A stretch of DNA of 64,000 nt, taken from contig CAXXUO010000009.1 of the NCBI GenBank assembly GCA_963666485.2, positions 64,001 through 128,000 on the forward strand. Reading direction: 5' to 3'. Below, in pieces: positions 51,331 through 60,570 of this stretch (the first letter of the stretch is position 1; each line of letters opens with the position of its first letter). The stretch comes from Syntrophorhabdaceae bacterium. Lineage in GTDB: Bacteria; Desulfobacterota; Syntrophorhabdia; Syntrophorhabdales; Syntrophorhabdaceae. The notes under the pieces are model-generated. The model did not search any database and was not told where the DNA came from. It worked only from the letters and a program-made list of their open reading frames with translations. The position numbers and the translations under genes were made by a program.

Positions 51331-53271
51331 CTATTCGAACTGGGATTTCTTCTTTTTCTTTGCAGCGGCTGCTTCCGAAGTACGATCGCTGACCGTCATA
51401 AAGTTTTTGTCTACTTTCAAGGGGACTTTTCCCGTAACGCCAGTGCCGCGTTTTGCCTTGAATATGATCAGGTCGACGTTCCCGTCGTGCTTGATGATCG
51501 AGTCCCAGTCTTCCTTGACTTCAAATTCCCCGTCACTTTTTTCTTCAACCGCGCCGAGAATCCCTAACCACGATGCTTCATACTCAATGGTGCCCGACTC
51601 CTTGAATGACGCCATACTTAACCGCTGACCGGACTTGTATGAGTCTCTGGCCAGTTCTGAGATGGCGATGACGGGTGTATTCTGGATTTTGGCTAATTCC
51701 GTCAACTTGGAGAGGATATCGTCGACCCTTAGCCTTTCATCCCCAGTGTATTTCTCTGTCCTGAGCTTCCTTAGATAATCAATGATGATCACAGGTGCTT
51801 TCCCGTGTTTTTGCTTGATTTGAGCGATTAGTTCGTTCCATTTTTCGATAATTATTGTCTGCTGGACAACATATTTTTTGTCGATGATTCGCTGGATGCT
51901 CGGAATTTGCCAGAGGCTGCGTATGTCAGGAACTGTTCTGAAATTGAAATCCTCGATTGACTGACTGGAAAATCTTGAGAGGGTCCTGTACCTCAACTCC
52001 GCTCGCCCATCGTCATAACTGAAAAAGAGTACCGGGTAATCATTAAGACAGATATTGTCCGCAATGTTATTCAGGAGGACAGTCTTGCCGGATGACGGGA
52101 TCCCGCCAAAGAGATAGAATCTTCCGCCGGCAAATCCACCGTTCATGTTGTTTTCAAGGTTGGCGAGATTGACGTTCCCAAAAGGGACTCGGACATAATT
52201 CTGCTGATAATCAGAAACAGCCCTGTTGATGTCGTCGAGAAATAGATTGACATTAATTTGTGGCGTCTGGGTTGTTGCCGTCTGGGTCTTCTTCTCCAAC
52301 GCCTTTACGGATTCGAAGGTCTTTTTCAGTTCATCTAGATCAAGTGGCGGTTTGACTTTATTGTGGTTCCACATCTGGACCATTTCCCAGACTTCAATTT
52401 CGTTCGTTCCGGTCTTAAGCAGGTGACCAATCAACTTGGTCGCGGAATGGTTCCTTTCCCCCTGCTTGCATCCGTTTTGTAGAAGGTCGAGATATCCGTC
52501 TTTCGATTCCTGTGTCTTGGGTTCCAGAGGCTTGGAATTTTCTGCTGCCTGGAGTTTGTTTTCGTCTGTTTGCATTATTTCTTTCAGCTCATTAAAAAGG
52601 TCCGCGTGCTTTTCATTTTCGAGTGCTTCGGATTTAGAGATATCATCCAGATAGTCTTTCATCCATGGGGTACAGGGAGCCGGATCGATTTGGGATATTG
52701 AAAATCCTTCCGCCCATTCATAATAATGACCGGAACCATGTCGAGAAGGAGGAGCCACAACGTATCCGCCGTCAGCCCTAATATCAATATCCAGGTTCTT
52801 ATTGACCGTGTTCCTAATGTCCATTCCAGGGTGCTTCATGTATATGTGGTATCCTTTTCCGGTTTTAGCTTTAACAGTATCGGGAAACCCACCTTGCTCC
52901 TCCGCATATTCGACGGCGTGCTCAGAATCGAGATCAAAAACAACAATACCGGAAATGGATCCCGTGATGATGGCTATATTTGCCGCAGGTCTTTCAGTGA
53001 ACCATTGGGTGACCTGTTCCGTAGTTGGGAGCCGGTCCTGATATTCTTTCCAGCCGGAGATGCATGGTCGTTTGCACCAACGGATCAGTACCTGCTCAGT
53101 TATGACATCTTTGGGCAGGGGTTCTTCCGATTGATCGTTCTTCTCAAATTCCCTGTCACGTTCCGCTATAAAGTTCTTTGGAGCCTTAGCCTTGATCATT
53201 TCCGGACTGTAAAGGGGTATAATGGAATAACCTTTTTCCAAATACGATAATGCTATTTCTAATCTAGTCAT
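51331..53271 (-). CDS. Prim-Pol primase / PriCT / DnaB-like helicase fusion
   Basis: NIAIITG...VVFDLD, TGKGYHIY, DIRADGGYVVAPPSRH; GERNHS; GIPSSGKT, IIIDYL, ISEL.R and FKESGTIEY. Confidence 0.9.
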   Translation of the reverse strand: MTRLEIALSYLEKGYSIIPLYSPEMIKAKAPKNFIAERDREFEKNDQSEEPLPKDVITEQVLIRWCKRPCISGWKEYQDRLPTTEQVTQWFTERPAANIAIITGSISGIVVFDLDSEHAVEYAEEQGGFPDTVKAKTGKGYHIYMKHPGMDIRNTVNKNLDIDIRADGGYVVAPPSRHGSGHYYEWAEGFSISQIDPAPCTPWMKDYLDDISKSEALENEKHADLFNELKEIMQTDENKLQAAENSKPLEPKTQESKDGYLDLLQNGCKQGERNHSATKLIGHLLKTGTNEIEVWEMVQMWNHNKVKPPLDLDELKKTFESVKALEKKTQTATTQTPQINVNLFLDDINRAVSDYQQNYVRVPFGNVNLANLENNMNGGFAGGRFYLFGGIPSSGKTVLLNNIADNICLNDYPVLFFSYDDGRAELRYRTLSRFSSQSIEDFNFRTVPDIRSLWQIPSIQRIIDKKYVVQQTIIIEKWNELIAQIKQKHGKAPVIIIDYLRKLRTEKYTGDERLRVDDILSKLTELAKIQNTPVIAISELARDSYKSGQRLSMASFKESGTIEYEASWLGILGAVEEKSDGEFEVKEDWDSIIKHDGNVDLIIFKAKRGTGVTGKVPLKVDKNFMTVSDRTSEAAAAKKKKKSQFE

Positions 53272-53467
53272 TTTCAGTACCTCCGCTTACGGTCATTTGT
53301 TTCGAAATTTCTTTTAAAGCGTTCAACAATAATTCAGTGGCAATGGACGTCCCCGTTGCGACTTCGCTGGGATCGTTCATCACCCTCTCTGCAGCCATCC
53401 TTCGGAGCAAGTCGCGACAGTGCTCGGGAATGGCCAGGTTTACCTGGATTTTCTTCTGTTCGTTCAT
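53264..53467 (-). CDS. small ribbon-helix-helix-like regulator
   Basis: KIQVNLAIPEHCRDLLRRMAAE pattern; RBS AGGAGG; overlaps the primase start. Confidence 0.55.
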   Translation of the reverse strand: MNEQKKIQVNLAIPEHCRDLLRRMAAERVMNDPSEVATGTSIATELLLNALKEISKQMTVSGGTEND

Positions 53468-53653
53468 CTACATATCCTCCTATTGAGATATTGAGATATT
53501 TATATATTGTTCGTGTAAGTACTAGTAATCAGAAGGTGTTTTACGTGAGAATGTTTCTTGAAAGATATCGGACAATGCAAACGGAAAGGACGGAGATCGT
53601 AGTTCGATTACCCCGTCCTTTAAATTTGAAAACGAACCCGGTTCGTTTTGAGA

Positions 53654-54523
53654 TTAATTTTCTGGTGTGTTGTTGATTATATCCTGCAATTGGCGAAGAT
53701 AGTAAAGGTTGACCATCTGACGCGGGAGTGTGGTGTTCAAAAGGTCCTCGTAGGTATAGTTGAATGTATTTTTCAGGAATTCATTGAGTTGCTGCTTGTG
53801 ATGAAAATTGCTGTAGAAGATGTCTTTTCCTGAATTTTTCTTATCTTTTTTAGTTCTGCTCTCGAGATCAATGGAATATTCCTTCTGATCTGTCTCATCC
53901 CAATAATATATGGAACTATTACCCGCCTCACTTGCCCATGATGAAGCATCCGCCGAATAGGGTCTATGTTTGAATAATATCTCCCTGTTCAGACTCCCGA
54001 ACAAATGGAACTTGACGTCAGGGAATTTCACTTTAACCTCGTCCAGCACCTTTGGGCCAATCTTCTCACGGATACCCAAGGAACCCAAGGCAATATAATC
54101 GTGACCCTGGTCAACATAGGTCTGGATTTCTCCCATGGGGTCACCTGCGTCATGAATACAGGGGACCGGTTTCCAGGTTTTCCCTACAAGACCATTTTCA
54201 AGGAAATTCTGGTTCCTGAGATTATGTTCCGGGTCATCGAACTTATCATCCAAGGTAAAAACGGTGGTGAAGAGATCACCGTATCGCGTGATATAAGCGA
54301 GATATTCGGTGACGGAAATATCCGCTTTCTTCGTAAAAACGGAAAAGGCTCCCGAATCCAGGCACAGATGGTCGATCATGTCCCGGTAGGCTTTGGTGAC
54401 CTTCAGTGCGTTTCCGGCGAGATAAACATAGGATATAAGGATATTTAATTTTGTCGTTCCGCCGGTCACTTCATAGAAGTGCTTGACCACGTCAGCGTTG
54501 TCTATTGCCTGATAGATGATCAT
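53654..54523 (-). CDS. phage-type DpdA / tRNA-guanine transglycosylase-like protein
   Basis: LDSGAFS, TLD, PVPCIH, YIALG, KFHLFG and SADASSW align with TGT-fold catalytic motifs; no Zn-binding subdomain. Confidence 0.75.
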   Translation of the reverse strand: MIIYQAIDNADVVKHFYEVTGGTTKLNILISYVYLAGNALKVTKAYRDMIDHLCLDSGAFSVFTKKADISVTEYLAYITRYGDLFTTVFTLDDKFDDPEHNLRNQNFLENGLVGKTWKPVPCIHDAGDPMGEIQTYVDQGHDYIALGSLGIREKIGPKVLDEVKVKFPDVKFHLFGSLNREILFKHRPYSADASSWASEAGNSSIYYWDETDQKEYSIDLESRTKKDKKNSGKDIFYSNFHHKQQLNEFLKNTFNYTYEDLLNTTLPRQMVNLYYLRQLQDIINNTPEN

Positions 54524-55710
54524 TTCTTTACCCCTTTCCTGCTTGTTCGTTGTCGGGTGATCTTCTTGTTTCGTTGAACAGATGGCACAGCCGGCGCCTT
54601 TTTCATTGTGGAAGATTCTATGTTTTCCGGGAGGACTACTTGGGCTAGCGTTGACATTATATTTCTCGCCAGTTCGAAGGTGTCTTTATTGACATCTTTT
54701 ATCCAGTCGCTTTGTCCGTGCTGAATGTAGGTGTTATAATAGTTTATCAGGTTGGCCAAAATGGTATTCAAGCTCTGGAGGTTCCCCACAACCCGGTATT
54801 CCCTGTCAGAAGGAAACACCATTTTATTTAAGATGTAGTTTTCAAATGCGTCTTCTTTTTCTTCGGAGGTAGGGAAAGTATCGAGCCAGTCCTTGATCTT
54901 CTTCACGGTCTTTTGCTCAATCCAGTGCTTGTTGTAACAGGAAAGAAGGTATGCTTGGTCAAAGTCGGCAAAGTCAATGCCACCTTGTTTCAGGTTGTAA
55001 AGGGTGGCCACCGCGTCGGTGTGTTCATTGAAAACTAATCCCTTTCGGTCGTTGGCAATATCCGGGTAGGGATGTTCATCTATGATCTCTTTATACTCTT
55101 CTTTGTCCTGCAGACGATTTACCTGTAACAGTCTGTTTTTGCCCAGACTGGAATACTTTGTCGCAAATTCCCCCATGGCGAGAAGTTGTCTGGATTGCTG
55201 AAAATATCTCGTGTGTTGACTTCCAAAATTTTCCTTAACCCACCTTGAATATTTGGACCTGTCATTCCCGAGCGTCTGGTAGATCTCATTCAAGATCCTT
55301 CCGATCTGAACCATGGCGAGAACAACGAACATGGATGTGTGAACCTCTAGGGAATCTATTCCCCTGCAGATGTCTATGATGTATTTCTTCCCTTGATTGA
55401 GAAATGAAGGTAAGTCCCCACTGTCTTTTATAGATAAAAGGTTTGACACATGGTCCGGTTTCATAATTGTGCTGATGATTTCCGGCGAATAATTTTCGTT
55501 GTGCATTAAGCTGATTTCAACAACGCTGGTGCTGTCCATCATCGCATTGTCAAGAATAATCGCAGGGAGTTTCTGCTGTTGGGGATCACTGAGCCCGACG
55601 AGAGGTGGCAGGACGTCTACCTTTTTCGTTTGAGGAATTTTCTTACTTTCTTTAACGGTCTTATCTTTCGTTTTGACAGTCTTAGCTTCTTTCTTCTTTT
55701 TCTTGGTCAT
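54520..55710 (-). CDS. hypothetical protein, central region weakly DUF3102-like
   Basis: Lys-rich N-terminus; QIGRILNEI...YSRWVKENF; ATGA overlap with the TGT-like gene. Confidence 0.6.
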   Translation of the reverse strand: MTKKKKKEAKTVKTKDKTVKESKKIPQTKKVDVLPPLVGLSDPQQQKLPAIILDNAMMDSTSVVEISLMHNENYSPEIISTIMKPDHVSNLLSIKDSGDLPSFLNQGKKYIIDICRGIDSLEVHTSMFVVLAMVQIGRILNEIYQTLGNDRSKYSRWVKENFGSQHTRYFQQSRQLLAMGEFATKYSSLGKNRLLQVNRLQDKEEYKEIIDEHPYPDIANDRKGLVFNEHTDAVATLYNLKQGGIDFADFDQAYLLSCYNKHWIEQKTVKKIKDWLDTFPTSEEKEDAFENYILNKMVFPSDREYRVVGNLQSLNTILANLINYYNTYIQHGQSDWIKDVNKDTFELARNIMSTLAQVVLPENIESSTMKKAPAVPSVQRNKKITRQRTSRKGVKK

Positions 55711-56434
55711 TTCCATTTCCTTTAACCCGCTGATGATATCTGTTCCGTTCCTTTTCTCTGCAACCTTCGGGGTCTCTTTCCCACCTTTCCTTCTGCTTTG
55801 CCTTGGGTGCGCATCCCGAATGATACCTCTTGCCTTTCCTTGTAATGATGATGATCTTTCCGCAGAAAGCGCACGCCCTGAAAATGTCGGTGGGCGCATC
55901 TTTGAGATGGAGCAGGAAGCGGTCTATTACCCTGATCTCTTCCATCGATATGGCAAACTTATCAGAAGCGAAGGAGAGCTTTATTGTAATAGGCGAACGT
56001 CTGAGTCTTATATCATAGGTCTTCCCATCTAACACGGAAAGGTCGTCGCCCGCTTCCACTATCTCTTTGTATGGCGCTAGCGAAGAAGACGGGTCATTTG
56101 CCGCGTTCATCATTTTTTTATATTTTTCCCGTTCTTTAGGGGCGTTATCTTTGTGGTCGAGAAACGCCTTCCTGATCTTGGTCCAAACAGGGGTCAACAA
56201 CGGGTGCCATTCAAGGACGGCGCCTTCCAGTTCGTCTCCCGTCAGATCGTCTGCATCGATGTGGTCATCCGGATTGCTCAAAAGCTGGAAAATCCCGTCG
56301 AACACAAACAGCGCTTTATCCGGGTGTTTCCGGTAGAGGTCTTTCAGCTGCGCGATATCCCGTTCAAGGTAATCCTCTATCAAGATCTTCAATACTTTTT
56401 TGTGTGACGCATCATTATTTTTGATAATAGCCAT
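55682..56434 (-). CDS. hypothetical protein with a C-terminal zinc-finger-like (CGNR-like) motif
   Basis: RACAFCGK...RYHSGC followed by a basic helix; first gene of the leftward operon. Confidence 0.6.
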   Translation of the reverse strand: MAIIKNNDASHKKVLKILIEDYLERDIAQLKDLYRKHPDKALFVFDGIFQLLSNPDDHIDADDLTGDELEGAVLEWHPLLTPVWTKIRKAFLDHKDNAPKEREKYKKMMNAANDPSSSLAPYKEIVEAGDDLSVLDGKTYDIRLRRSPITIKLSFASDKFAISMEEIRVIDRFLLHLKDAPTDIFRACAFCGKIIIITRKGKRYHSGCAPKAKQKERWERDPEGCREKERNRYHQRVKGNGNDQEKEERS

Positions 56435-56439
56435 AACTA

Positions 56440-56577
56440 ATTGTATTTGTTTATAAAATAAATGTCAAGGATATGTTTAACATTAATTATAATTTGCGTC
56501 TTTTGATAGCTAATGTTAATATTAATTATCAATGATATTAAATAGTTATTGACATATAGTCCTGTGATTAATATCCT
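56440..56577. promoter_or_regulatory. divergent sigma70-type promoters
   Basis: Minus strand TTGACA(56468-63)-17-TACAAT(56445-40); plus strand TTGACA(56549-54)-17-TATCCT(56572-77). Confidence 0.6.
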
Positions 56578-56771
56578 AATGTTATGGCAAGCGTTATCGG
56601 ATGATGAAAACGGTATCGGAGGCAGTAAACCATATACGGTGTCAGAGACCTCAAACATAACGAAGCAGGGATCAGGTTTTCGATTCAATTAAACTTAAGG
56701 ACTTCCCCAAAATTATCATGGGAGTCATTGATGAAGTTACCCGCCGGATTCCGGAAAGGGGTAACAAAACG

Positions 56772-57116
56772 ATGCAACACGAAGAGGAGCTACATGATAT
56801 ACTAACCCCTGAGGAGGTAGCCCAGTATCTGCGTAAAAGCGTCAGTTGGGTTTACAAGAACTGGAAGGTGCTGGGTGGCAGGAAACTCGGGGGTTCTCTG
56901 TTTTTTCCGAGCAAGGAGGACCTTTATGAGTCAATATTCCAAAAAGGGAAAGGGCTGGAGATACGACTTCACCCTGAACGGGACCAGGTACACAGAAGCC
57001 TGGTTCAAAACGAAACAAGAGGCAAGAAAAGCCGAAATGGCAAGAAAGGAGGAGATAACGAGACCGAGGCAGGAGACGGCGATCCCAACCGACATAAAAT
57101 TCTTGAAATTGGTTAA
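56772..57116 (+). CDS. excisionase-like helix-turn-helix protein
   Basis: ILTPEEVAQYLRKSVSWVY...KLGGSLFF HTH pattern, directly upstream of the integrase. Confidence 0.75.
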   Translation: MQHEEELHDILTPEEVAQYLRKSVSWVYKNWKVLGGRKLGGSLFFPSKEDLYESIFQKGKGLEIRLHPERDQVHRSLVQNETRGKKSRNGKKGGDNETEAGDGDPNRHKILEIG

Positions 57117-57969
57117 TGCACGGCTCGATTATGTGAAGAACCACAAGTCGGAGCGCCACTACCGGGAATATGTCTACATGGTAAAAAGATGGGTGAAACA
57201 GTGGGGCAACTTGAAATGCTCTCAGATCTCATCAAGGATGGTGGATGACTTCCTGTCTCAAAGAAACACCGTGTCGGCGCACGCCGCAAACAAGGACATC
57301 AGGTACCTCAAGGCGGTCTTCAACCACGCGGGCAAGATGAAGATAGCCCAGATTGAGAACCCGGTAAAAGGGATTGAACCTTTCCCGGAAAACAAACACC
57401 TGAAGTACATACCGAACAAAGAGGACATCAAAAAGGTCATCGATGTCGCCGAAAATCAGGATGACAAAGACTATATCATTACCATCAAGGATACAATGGC
57501 CCGCGTCGGCGAGATCAACAGATTGAAATGGGACGACGTTATGCTCGATAAGAAGTATCTCGTCCTTTACACGAGAAAGAAAAAAGGGGGCGGGTTGACT
57601 CCCCGTATCGTTCATATGACAAGGCGGCTGTACGATGTCCTGCAGAATCGGTTCGAAAAAAGAGATGCGAGCAAACCATGGGTATTCTGGCACAGGTATT
57701 GGAGCAGAAAAGAACAATGCTGGATGGATGGACCCTACGAGGACAGGAAGGGGTTGATGAAGTCGCTTTGCAAAAAAGCTGAAGTAAAATATTTCAGGTA
57801 CCATCCCCTGCGTCACTACGGAGCATCGGTCCTTGATCACGCGCGGGTTCCCATTGGTTCCATACAGAAGATCCTTGGTCATGAGAAGAGAACGACCACC
57901 GAGCTCTACATTCAGAGCATCAACGAAGCGGACATCGCGGCAATGGAGATATATGAGTCCATCGGCTAA
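56926..57969 (+). CDS. int: tyrosine integrase
   Basis: RBS AAGGAGG; N-terminal arm-binding WRYDF; ARVGEI, HPLRH, LGH and catalytic Y in TELY. Confidence 0.95.
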   Translation: MSQYSKKGKGWRYDFTLNGTRYTEAWFKTKQEARKAEMARKEEITRPRQETAIPTDIKFLKLVNARLDYVKNHKSERHYREYVYMVKRWVKQWGNLKCSQISSRMVDDFLSQRNTVSAHAANKDIRYLKAVFNHAGKMKIAQIENPVKGIEPFPENKHLKYIPNKEDIKKVIDVAENQDDKDYIITIKDTMARVGEINRLKWDDVMLDKKYLVLYTRKKKGGGLTPRIVHMTRRLYDVLQNRFEKRDASKPWVFWHRYWSRKEQCWMDGPYEDRKGLMKSLCKKAEVKYFRYHPLRHYGASVLDHARVPIGSIQKILGHEKRTTTELYIQSINEADIAAMEIYESIG

Positions 57970-58005
57970 TTTTTCACACGGTTTCTCACACGGTTTCTCA
58001 CACAG
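57970..58005 (+). repeat. putative integrase arm-type sites (3 x 12 bp tandem)
   Basis: TTTTTCACACGG-TTTCTCACACGG-TTTCTCACACAG. Confidence 0.8.
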
Positions 58006-58073
58006 AACGATGGCAAAAGATACGCCTGTTCGGGTCAGTCATGTAAGTATGCTAAATTACAGGCAATAAGAAG

Positions 58074-58147
<74 letters not shown>

Positions 58148-58327
58148 GTGGTGGTTATTATAGCGGGTTTGGGGGGTTATTTCAATATGATCCAGGCTAC
58201 CGCGAACGTCGCACTGTGGTATATTGTTCATTATGTGCTTGAAAAAAAACGTGAGTTCGGGTTATGTTGTTAGCGTTCAATTTTCTGATACTAAGCTTTA
58301 CGTTCTAAATATCAACGAGGTGAGTCG

Positions 58328-58420
58328 ATGGGCAGTGTAATGAAGTGGAGAAAGAAGAAGATCAGGAAGCATAAATATAAGAAATTAAGAAGGAGAACGC
58401 GGCACCAGCGCAGGAAGTAG
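58328..58420 (+). CDS. bS22 / AURKAIP1-COX24 family small basic ribosomal protein
   Basis: MGSVMKWRKKKIRKHKYKKLRRRTRHQRRK; RBS GAGGTG; too short for the ORF track. Confidence 0.85.
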   Translation: MGSVMKWRKKKIRKHKYKKLRRRTRHQRRK

Positions 58421-59218
58421 AGACCGCATCACCTTCATATTCACTTCGTCCATATTGCCCATCTTGGGCGTCTCCATGACGCCAGCCAGATGGGCAAATC
58501 TTTTATCTTTTAATAACTGCCGGAAAAATGTAAGGCCCATTTCGCCTTCGCCAATGTGCCAGTGGCGGTCGGCACGGGCCCCTGCGGGGGACTTCGAGTC
58601 GTTCAGGTGAAAGAAGCCGATCTTGCCGATGCCGAGAAGCCGGTCGAAATCGCGGAGAAACCTGGTCCAGCCGCCCCTTTCGGTTATTTTGTACCCGGAT
58701 TCAAAGAGGTGCGCGGTGTCGAGGCAGAAGCGGGTGCGGTCCGGGTTATCGACATGTTCATAAATACGGGCCAACTCCTCGATGGTTGTGCCGAGCGCGC
58801 TGCCCTGCCCTGCCGTGTTCTCGATAAGGACCGTAATGTCATGTGTTTCGTGCACGGTATTTACCGCTCGGGCGGTCGTCTGCGCTCCTCTAAGTTTGTC
58901 CTGGTGCGACCCGGGGTGCGCCACGAGGTATTTGATGCCGAGCCGGGCGCACAGCGAGACCTCGTGAAGGAAGCCGTTCAGGTTGCGTTCGTCTTCGTCT
59001 ATCTTCGCGAGATTGGGCAGGTAGGAGAGGTGCGCGTAGACGGGCAGGACGGCGGAGAGTCGTCCGAACGCCTCGATATCTTTTTCGGAGAGCGTCCTTT
59101 GTACCCATGACCTCGGGTTCTTGACGAAGATCTGTATCGCCTCACATTGCAGTGTGAGCGCTCTTTCCAGCGTGGCGTCAAAACCCTGTGCTATGGAAAC
59201 GTGGAAGCCTAATTTCAT
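58385..59218 (-). CDS. nfo: endonuclease IV
   Basis: GFHVSI, HLSYLPNL, HPGS, IENTAGQG, CLDTAH, HLNDSK, DRH and ETP. Confidence 0.93.
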   Translation of the reverse strand: MKLGFHVSIAQGFDATLERALTLQCEAIQIFVKNPRSWVQRTLSEKDIEAFGRLSAVLPVYAHLSYLPNLAKIDEDERNLNGFLHEVSLCARLGIKYLVAHPGSHQDKLRGAQTTARAVNTVHETHDITVLIENTAGQGSALGTTIEELARIYEHVDNPDRTRFCLDTAHLFESGYKITERGGWTRFLRDFDRLLGIGKIGFFHLNDSKSPAGARADRHWHIGEGEMGLTFFRQLLKDKRFAHLAGVMETPKMGNMDEVNMKVMRSLLPALVPRSPS

Positions 59219-59289
59219 TGTCCGGTCCTTACAACAACATATGACAAAAAATCTTGCAAATAAAGGTGGAAAGATGCAGAATAAACTCC

Positions 59290-60534
59290 ATGGCAGCTGA
59301 AGCTATCGGGATAATCGTCGGCGGGGGGCCTGCACCGGGGATAAACGGGGTCATAAGCGCGGCCACCATCGAAGCGATCAACGCCGGGAAAAAGGTCTTC
59401 GGTATCGTGGGCGGTTTCAAGGCGCTCTTTGAAGGGAACAAGGATATTTTTATTCCCCTCACGATAGAGGACGTCTCCCGCATCCATGCCTCGGGCGGAT
59501 CAATTCTCCGTACATCCCGGGACAAACCGGAAAATGCGAAGGCAAAGTTCAAAACGCTGATGTCCACGCTGAAAAGCGCCGGCATCAAGTACCTCATAAC
59601 GATCGGCGGCGACGGTACCCTGTACATGGCCAACTGGATAGAACGGGAGGCCCGCGGGGCCATAAATGTCGTGCACACGCCGAAAACGATCGACAACGAC
59701 ATCCCTCTTCCCGGCGGTTTCTCCACGTTCGGGTTCCAGACGGCGCGGCATGTCGGTGTTTATATCGTCAATAATATCATGGAAGATGCCCGTACGATGG
59801 GCCGGTGGTATTTCATAACGGCAATGGGACGTCATGCCGGGCACCTGGCGCTCGGGATGGGCAAGGCGGCCGGCACAACACTGTCCCTGATACCTGAAGA
59901 ATTTCCCGAAGAAAAATTATCCTTCAAAAAAGTCGCCGACATCCTTACTGCGGCCATCCTCAAGCGAAGAAGTATGGGGAGGGACCACGGCGTTGCGATC
60001 CTTGCCGAGGGCATTTCAGAAATGTTCGACCTCGAGGAATTGGAAAAGCACGACGCGGTCGAGAAGAATGAAAAAGGCGAGCTCAAGCTTTCGGAGATCC
60101 AGCTTGGCAGGGTGCTGAAGGATTTCGTTAACAAAACGCTGAATGAACTGGGGATCGAAGTAGGCATAGTCGACAAGAACATCGGGTACGAACTGCGGGC
60201 GGCAAACCCTATTCCCTTTGATGTCGAGTATACCCGCAATCTCGGCTATGGCGCAGTCAGGTTCCTTCTGCGGGGCGGCTCAGGATCGATGGTAGTTCAG
60301 TTCGAAGGCAACCTGAGGCCCATACCTTTTGTGGAGATGATAGATTACAGGACCGGGAGGGTGAAGATAAGGACCGTCGACACGACAACGGAGACGTACG
60401 AGGTTGCCCGGAAATACATGATCCGCCTTGAAAAAGAGGACCTTGAAGGACACAGTCTTGCAAATATCGCGAAAGCTTCCAACATGTCCCCCGAAGAGTT
60501 CAGGGCGCGTTTCGGATATGTACTGGGCGTATAA
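59290..60534 (+). CDS. phosphofructokinase family protein
   Basis: GGGPAPGINGVI, IGGDGT, PKTIDND, MGRHAG and GYELR. Confidence 0.9.
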   Translation: MAAEAIGIIVGGGPAPGINGVISAATIEAINAGKKVFGIVGGFKALFEGNKDIFIPLTIEDVSRIHASGGSILRTSRDKPENAKAKFKTLMSTLKSAGIKYLITIGGDGTLYMANWIEREARGAINVVHTPKTIDNDIPLPGGFSTFGFQTARHVGVYIVNNIMEDARTMGRWYFITAMGRHAGHLALGMGKAAGTTLSLIPEEFPEEKLSFKKVADILTAAILKRRSMGRDHGVAILAEGISEMFDLEELEKHDAVEKNEKGELKLSEIQLGRVLKDFVNKTLNELGIEVGIVDKNIGYELRAANPIPFDVEYTRNLGYGAVRFLLRGGSGSMVVQFEGNLRPIPFVEMIDYRTGRVKIRTVDTTTETYEVARKYMIRLEKEDLEGHSLANIAKASNMSPEEFRARFGYVLGV

Positions 60535-60570
60535 GGTCTTTGAGCTCGCCTGCCGGGTCCGCCGGCACCC

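Noticed and set aside
29098..54523. Canonical Dnd or Dpd system from DGQHR plus DpdA-like genes
   Set aside because: The two genes are about 22 kb apart in different modules, and DndCDE or DpdC-K partners were not recognised. A functional link cannot be excluded.
55711..55899. N-terminal extension of ORF 54520-55899
   Set aside because: It lies inside the upstream gene; an RBS-supported start exists at 55710-55716.
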